Of a stretch of 32,000 nt of DNA, positions 27,090-32,000 are shown piece by piece. Both the position numbers and the translations under genes were made by a program. Every line of letters begins with the position of its first letter. Position 1 is the first letter of the stretch. This DNA is from Xylella taiwanensis (GTDB lineage Bacteria > Pseudomonadota > Gammaproteobacteria > Xanthomonadales > Xanthomonadaceae): assembly GCF_013177435.1 (NCBI RefSeq), contig NZ_CP053627.1, positions 390,001 to 422,000 on the forward strand, written 5' to 3'. The notes beneath the pieces were generated by a model. It did not search any database and was not told the DNA's origin. It saw only the letters and a list, made by a program, of their open reading frames with translations.

Positions 27090-28748
27090 ATGAAGTGTCA
27101 GCTTGGTTATTTTCTGTTGATATGCCTGTTGCTGTGCTTGGTGGTACCAGCAGGCGCGCAGTCGCTGATGCTTGACCGCTTGGATGACGACCCGCCAGCA
27201 CACGAGGTGTTGGCCGGTGTATACGATGCTATGTTGCGCCCGAATCACAACGTTGGTAGCAGCATCTATGAATCGGCGCGACATCCGGTCTGGTGGCGTA
27301 TCCGCGCTGACCGTCAGATCACTGCGGCTGGGCAACCGAAGTTGCAAATCGAATTTCCGTATCTGAATTGGGTCGAGGCTTGGGTGCCGGGGCGTCATGT
27401 ACCGAGCCGCCATGCTATCTACGGACCGGCGGCGGACCGCCGCTACTCTACACGTGCATTGGTGATCGACTTACCCGATGGGCTTCCGCAGGGGAAAGCA
27501 GTATGGTTGCGTGTGCATGCACAGACCACAATACCGATGCCGGTTTCGATTGTGAGCAATGACGTGGTGCATCGTCGTGATCTGGATCATGTCGCTTGGT
27601 ATAGTTTTATCCTTGGCTCCACGGCGGTGCTGGCCGTGCTTTCAGCCTCACTCTGGGGACGGTTGCGTGAACCTGTTTATGGTTACTTTACTGTCAATCT
27701 GGTGTGCGTACTGCTGTACCTGATCGGCTTTGACGGCGAGGCACGTGGTTTGCCGCTGCTCGGAGAGCTGTTCGGGTCCTCCCCAGTGCCGATACGGGTG
27801 GTCGCCACCTTCGGTGGCTTTGTCATCGTTAATTTCCAGCGTCACTATCTGAACACGGCGTCCCGGATACCACGGGTGGATTTGGCGTTGAAGTGTTCGG
27901 CTGGTTGGTTGCTGATGATGGCACTCTTAAACGTGGTGCCGCAGATCCAGCCATATCCGGCACTCACGTATCTTTCTTTGATGGTTGCTTCGTTGCTGCT
28001 GCTGTTTAGTTGTGCCTGGTTGGGTGGGGTCCGTGGTCACCGTGATGCTTGGGCATTGTTGGCGGCCTGGACACCATTGCTATTGTGCTCTTTGCTGCGC
28101 AGTTTGGAGTTGATTGGCTGGAATGGACTGAGTGGCAATGGTGCTTGGATTGGGTACGGGCTCAGCATGTCGCTGGGAATATCTTGTTTGCTGGTCACTC
28201 TGGTATTGGCTGATCATATGCTGGAGTTGCGGCGTGATCGCGACCGTGCAAGGTTGCTTGCGGATGTGGATAGTCTCACCGGTGCGCTGACTCGGGTTGC
28301 GATCGAGCGGAGATTAGAGCGCGATATCGATGATGCCCGGCAGATGGGCACACCATTATCGGTGGCGTTTATCGACATCGATCATTTCAAACGCATCAAT
28401 GACGAATATGGTCATGCTGCTGGAGACGCTTGTCTGCGTCAGGTGGTGCAGCGTGTGCGCGACTGGCTGCGTGCCAGCGACGCGCTTGGGCGTCATGGAG
28501 GCGACGAGTTAATCGCAATCTTCCCCGGCGCTGATTTGTCAGCAGCCCGGCGCATTGCTGAGGGTATCCGTGTCGCTGTTTCAAGCCAGCCGTTGCAATT
28601 TGAGTGTACTCGGTTGCGCTGCACATTGAGTCTTGGAGTGGCTTCGTGGTTACCCGATGAATCCCTTGAAGCACTCCTACAACGTGCCGATAACGGCTTG
28701 TATGCAAGCAAGGCGGCTGGACGCGATCGGGTCAGTAGTGCCATGTAA
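27090..28748 (+). CDS. 7TMR-DISM-type membrane diguanylate cyclase (GGDEF domain, GGDEL variant)
   Basis: Track ORF 26970..28748 trimmed to the ATG at 27090 (MKCQLGYFLLICLLLCLVVPAGAQS signal sequence), giving 552 aa. Periplasmic domain of about 190 aa, then about 7 hydrophobic helices, then a GGDEF domain (DSLTGALTR, FIDIDHFKRINDEYGHAAGD, RHGGDELIAIF, ADNGLYASKAAGRD). Confidence 0.9.
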   Translation: MKCQLGYFLLICLLLCLVVPAGAQSLMLDRLDDDPPAHEVLAGVYDAMLRPNHNVGSSIYESARHPVWWRIRADRQITAAGQPKLQIEFPYLNWVEAWVPGRHVPSRHAIYGPAADRRYSTRALVIDLPDGLPQGKAVWLRVHAQTTIPMPVSIVSNDVVHRRDLDHVAWYSFILGSTAVLAVLSASLWGRLREPVYGYFTVNLVCVLLYLIGFDGEARGLPLLGELFGSSPVPIRVVATFGGFVIVNFQRHYLNTASRIPRVDLALKCSAGWLLMMALLNVVPQIQPYPALTYLSLMVASLLLLFSCAWLGGVRGHRDAWALLAAWTPLLLCSLLRSLELIGWNGLSGNGAWIGYGLSMSLGISCLLVTLVLADHMLELRRDRDRARLLADVDSLTGALTRVAIERRLERDIDDARQMGTPLSVAFIDIDHFKRINDEYGHAAGDACLRQVVQRVRDWLRASDALGRHGGDELIAIFPGADLSAARRIAEGIRVAVSSQPLQFECTRLRCTLSLGVASWLPDESLEALLQRADNGLYASKAAGRDRVSSAM

Positions 28749-28847
28749 GAGGAGGGCACATTCCTTGTGCGGGTTCAGGTGCTGTTCGACACTCTGCCCC
28801 TGGAGTGAATGCGTTGTTGTGGACTGGGTGTGTAAAGCGGTAGAGGT

Positions 28848-29699
28848 TTAGCGTGTTTGTTCGAGTACTAACATTGGATCGATACGCACGTTGAACCAGT
28901 TCATCCCAAAATGTAAATGCGGTCCGGTGGCTCGCCCGGTTGCGCCGACCGCACCGATCACTTGACCTTGATGCACTTGATCGCCCACTTTCACATCGAT
29001 CCGTGACAGGTGCAGAAAGTTGGAACTCACTCCGGAACCATGGTCCAACAACACAGTGCCGCCTGTCAGGTACAAATCCGGCGCGGCGAAGGTAATCACA
29101 CCAGCCGCTGGTGCCTTTACTGGTGTTCCGGTCGGTGCGGCGATGTCCATCCCTGAGTGGCCATTGCCTGCAGTCTGACCGTTGTAGATGCGGGCACTGC
29201 CGAAACGTCCGCTGATCCGGCCTTGCACTGGCCAGATAAAGGGTTGGGCGAAATCCGAGCGGGCGTCGTTGCGTTGGCGTGCATTGGTGAGTTGTGCCTG
29301 TTCGCGCTTGATTCGTGCAGCGATCTCAGGTGGTGGATTGACCGTTTTTGGGGGCACGCCGTTAACCACTTCGACCGGCCACGTGCGCGTTGTCACGGTG
29401 ATACTGACTTGTTTGACAGCACCTTGTGGAGATTGGATACGTAGTATCAGTGGCCCGATTTCGTTACGACCTACACCAAATACGACCTGACCTTTGTCGT
29501 CGACGCGCAACATCCGTCCGGTGTATTCGACCTGGCTGCCTGCCGGGACTGTCCCGATTACCAATGCGCCTTGGGATACGCTGGTGGGGAATCCAGCGCG
29601 GGTTTCTGCTGTGCTGTCCTGGGCGTATGCAACTGCAGGTAAAGTCAGCATGACTAACATGCCGAGTCTGAGCAACTTGTTCAAAGCAAGCGTAGGCAT
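28848..29699 (-). CDS. M23-family metallopeptidase (periplasmic, murein endopeptidase-like)
   Basis: 283 aa. Signal peptide [27 protein letters not shown]23 motifs HSGMDIAAPTGTPV and GATGRATGPHLHF. Confidence 0.9.
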   Translation of the reverse strand: MPTLALNKLLRLGMLVMLTLPAVAYAQDSTAETRAGFPTSVSQGALVIGTVPAGSQVEYTGRMLRVDDKGQVVFGVGRNEIGPLILRIQSPQGAVKQVSITVTTRTWPVEVVNGVPPKTVNPPPEIAARIKREQAQLTNARQRNDARSDFAQPFIWPVQGRISGRFGSARIYNGQTAGNGHSGMDIAAPTGTPVKAPAAGVITFAAPDLYLTGGTVLLDHGSGVSSNFLHLSRIDVKVGDQVHQGQVIGAVGATGRATGPHLHFGMNWFNVRIDPMLVLEQTR

Positions 29700-31048
29700 C
29701 AGCGGTCAAATTCCAGACGCTGGCCGCTCGGTACGCCGACCAGGTGGTTGCCGTTCCACACGTGGTAGCCGTTGACCCAAGTAGCAGCGATACGAGAACG
29801 AAATGTGGTGCCTTCGAATGGTGACCAGCCACATTTAGAAAGTATTTCCTGACGTTTTACGGTGAATGGTGTGTCTTCGACCAGGACTAAGTCGGCCCAG
29901 TAGCCCTCGCGCAGGAAGCCGCGTCCAGTCACGTCAAACAGTTGCGCAGGTGCATGGGCGAACTTACGCACGATCTCGGTGGCTGGCAGCCGACCTGCAT
30001 GCACCAGTTCCAGTGCTGCAACCAGTGCGTACTGGACCAGTGGCAGGCCGGAGGGGGCCTGGGCGTATGGCTGCTGTTTTTCTTCCAAGGTGTGTGGTGC
30101 GTGGTCGGTGGCGAGCACGTCGATCACGTCTTCTGCCAGAGCGGTGATCAGTGCTTCGCGGTCGCTGGCTTCCTTGATGGCTGGGTTGCACTTGATCAGG
30201 TTGCCAAGGCGTGCATAGTCCATGCGGTCAAAATGCAGGAAATGGATGCAGGTTTCAGCGGTGATGTGCTTGCATCGCTTGCCGGCCGCATTGACCAGCG
30301 GACCACTTTCGAACAGGCGTAGCTCATCGGCGGTAGAAATATGTAGTACGTGCAGCCGGGTGCCGTTCTTCTTTGCCAGTGACACCGCTAACTGTGAGGA
30401 TTTCAAGCAGGCTTCGCGCGAGCGGATGTCTGGGTGTTGCTTGGCACTCAGTGTATCGCCGTAGCGGGACTGATACTCGGCCAGTGTTGCGTTGATGGTA
30501 GGTGTGTCCTCACAGTGGGTGATGATTGGGGTTGGTGCGTTGCGGAAAATCGCTTCCAGCGTGGCCTCATTGTCCACCAGCATGTTGCCTGTGGAGGCAC
30601 CCATGAACACTTTAATGCCTGGACTGGTTTTTGGGTCCAGTGTATGGATTGCGTCAAGGTTATCGTTGCTAGCGCCGAGGTAGAAACCATAGTTGCCCCA
30701 GGCACGGCCGCTTGCAGCGTCGTACTTGGCTTGCAATGCGGCAGCGTCCAATGTCGGCGGGTTGGTATTGGGCATGTCCATGAAGCTGGTCAGTCCCCCT
30801 GCAACTGCAGCGGCTGATTCACTGGCAATATTGCCCTTGTGGGTCAGCCCCGGTTCGCGAAAATGCACTTGATCGTCGATCATGCCTGGCAGCAAACGGC
30901 GCCCGGCTGCGTCAACGACGATTTCACCCTTATGTGCTGATAGCCCTGTGCCGATTTGGGCGATACGCCCATTCTCGATTCTCAGATCGCTGTCGAATTC
31001 ACGGCCTTCATTGATCAGGCGAGCGTTAACGATCAAGGTGGGAGTCAT
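29699..31048 (-). CDS. Dihydroorotase/allantoinase-family cyclic amidohydrolase (long, about 450-aa DHOase type)
   Basis: Track ORF 29699..31171 trimmed to the ATG at 31048 ([15 protein letters not shown]), giving 449 aa. Motifs: [42 protein letters not shown]. The start overlaps the yidD stop (ATGA) and the stop overlaps the M23 start (TGATG). Confidence 0.85.
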   Translation of the reverse strand: MTPTLIVNARLINEGREFDSDLRIENGRIAQIGTGLSAHKGEIVVDAAGRRLLPGMIDDQVHFREPGLTHKGNIASESAAAVAGGLTSFMDMPNTNPPTLDAAALQAKYDAASGRAWGNYGFYLGASNDNLDAIHTLDPKTSPGIKVFMGASTGNMLVDNEATLEAIFRNAPTPIITHCEDTPTINATLAEYQSRYGDTLSAKQHPDIRSREACLKSSQLAVSLAKKNGTRLHVLHISTADELRLFESGPLVNAAGKRCKHITAETCIHFLHFDRMDYARLGNLIKCNPAIKEASDREALITALAEDVIDVLATDHAPHTLEEKQQPYAQAPSGLPLVQYALVAALELVHAGRLPATEIVRKFAHAPAQLFDVTGRGFLREGYWADLVLVEDTPFTVKRQEILSKCGWSPFEGTTFRSRIAATWVNGYHVWNGNHLVGVPSGQRLEFDR

Positions 31049-31308
31049 TGGTGGTGTCCTGTACAGCGATAAGAAGACGGATTGACCTGCGTGCTGTCGT
31101 TGTCGGGTACCGGGTCGTAGCCACCCGGTTGCAACGGATGACAGCGTACTAGCCGGCGTGCCGCCAGCCAAATGCCGCCCAGTGTGCCGAAGCGGGCAAT
31201 GGCACCCATCGCGTATTCAGAACAGCTTGGTTCGAAACGGCAGTGCGGCCCTAAGAACGGACTGATGAGGCGCTTGTAAATCTTTAGCAGGACGATGAGT
31301 GGGTGCAT
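31045..31308 (-). CDS. yidD: Membrane protein insertion efficiency factor YidD
   Basis: 87 aa. [31 protein letters not shown] ... [17 protein letters not shown] is the YidD signature. Confidence 0.9.
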   Translation of the reverse strand: MHPLIVLLKIYKRLISPFLGPHCRFEPSCSEYAMGAIARFGTLGGIWLAARRLVRCHPLQPGGYDPVPDNDSTQVNPSSYRCTGHHQ

Positions 31309-31342
31309 TGTGACTTCTAAATGTTATTGGATGAATGCGCGG

Positions 31343-31372
31343 TTGCTTGGTTAGGTCCAGGTAGGCTATAAA
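31343..31372 (+). promoter_or_regulatory. Candidate sigma70 promoter for dksA
   Basis: TTGCTT (31343-31348), an 18-nt spacer, TATAAA (31367-31372), about 45 nt upstream of the GTG start. The -35 matches consensus at only 3 of 6 positions. Confidence 0.3.
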
Positions 31373-31415
31373 GACCGGCTTTCCCAGGTCCAGGGGAATC
31401 AAGGAAGCGTGTTTC

Positions 31416-32000
31416 GTGGCTGCTAAAAAAACTGCAAAGAAGATTGTTTCGGTCGTCCCTCAAACTGCCAAGCCCATTGGCAAGAAAACGGCGCTTGTTC
31501 CTAGTGACAAGAAACTGCTTGCCAAGAACGCGCCTCTGTCTGCCAGGAAACACCCCGCCAGCAAGAACGCCTCTGTGAATAAGACTGTTGCTAATAAAGA
31601 TGCCCCGGTCAAGCCTGTGTCCGCGAATTCTGCGGATACGATCGCTAAGCCTGCTCTGAAGTCAGCAAGTAAACCCGTTACTGTGGCGTCTGTGCCGATC
31701 GGCGATCATGGGTCTCTTCCGGTCGTAGCAATTGCGGTTAAATCTAAGTCTGCGCCTGCTAAGAATGCTGCGCTTATTTCGAAATCCGCAGCGAAGACTC
31801 CTGCCAAGTTTGATTCTTCTGCCACACTGAGTCCGTCACGTCCTGTAGGTAAGGTGGCTGTGGCAGTGAGTGGTGAAACCATGCCTCGTATGCCTAAGAC
31901 TAAATATAAGGTCGTTAAATACGATGTTGATGAGGCGACGGGCCGCCCGGTGTTGCCGTTGGGTTATAAGCCCTCGTCAGAAGAGGAGTATATGAACCCG
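31416..32000 (+). CDS. dksA: RNA polymerase-binding regulator DksA, N-terminal part with long Lys/Ala/Pro-rich extension (3' end outside window)
   Basis: Not in the ORF track because there is no stop in the window. Frame open from the TAG at 31362-31364. The first start is the GTG at 31416, with AAGGAAG 8 nt upstream. 195 codons run to the window end. The last residues, LPLGYKPSSEEEYMNP, match the start of the conserved DksA core (E. coli ...YQEKPGEEYMNEAQL...). Confidence 0.8.
   Translation, partial: MAAKKTAKKIVSVVPQTAKPIGKKTALVPSDKKLLAKNAPLSARKHPASKNASVNKTVANKDAPVKPVSANSADTIAKPALKSASKPVTVASVPIGDHGSLPVVAIAVKSKSAPAKNAALISKSAAKTPAKFDSSATLSPSRPVGKVAVAVSGETMPRMPKTKYKVVKYDVDEATGRPVLPLGYKPSSEEEYMNP

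Overview
This window looks like ordinary core chromosome of a Xanthomonadaceae genome. Gene order, protein sequences and the TTG/GTG-rich codon usage suggest Xylella fastidiosa, but that is an inference I could not verify. I saw no CRISPR array, IS element, integrase, tRNA/rRNA gene or recognisable defence or toxin system. Features in order: the end of the nuo operon (nuoL 3' part, nuoM, nuoN). A minus-strand unit with an OprO/P-family porin, a CitMHS citrate transporter and a phaB-like reductase. Divergent from it, an OmpR-type response regulator, a TctE-like sensor kinase and an orphan periplasmic solute-binding protein, all with overlapping reading frames. A 0.7 kb gap with no credible gene. 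A LuxR-type response regulator convergent with a soluble PAS hybrid histidine kinase. A 0.8 kb gap. A second OprO/P-family porin divergent from dctA-maeB. htpG with a clear sigma32-type promoter. rsmD-coaD, a lipoprotein gene, a yfhL-type ferredoxin and ggt. An AT-rich island of about 0.9 kb. A 7TMR-DISM GGDEF protein. A minus-strand yidD / dihydroorotase-family / M23-peptidase unit with overlapping frames. The 5' part of dksA with a long Lys/Ala/Pro-rich N-terminal extension. The items most worth a second look are: the AT-rich island upstream of the GGDEF gene, which carries a minus-strand intrinsic terminator, phased repeats and no convincing gene; the solute-binding protein coupled to a sensor kinase next to a Pho-box-like direct repeat; the repeated pairing of OprO/P-type porins with carboxylate transporters and two-component systems; a GGDEL active-site variant; and the DksA extension. 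None of these is strong evidence for a new system. All family assignments come from reading motifs by eye, without any database search.
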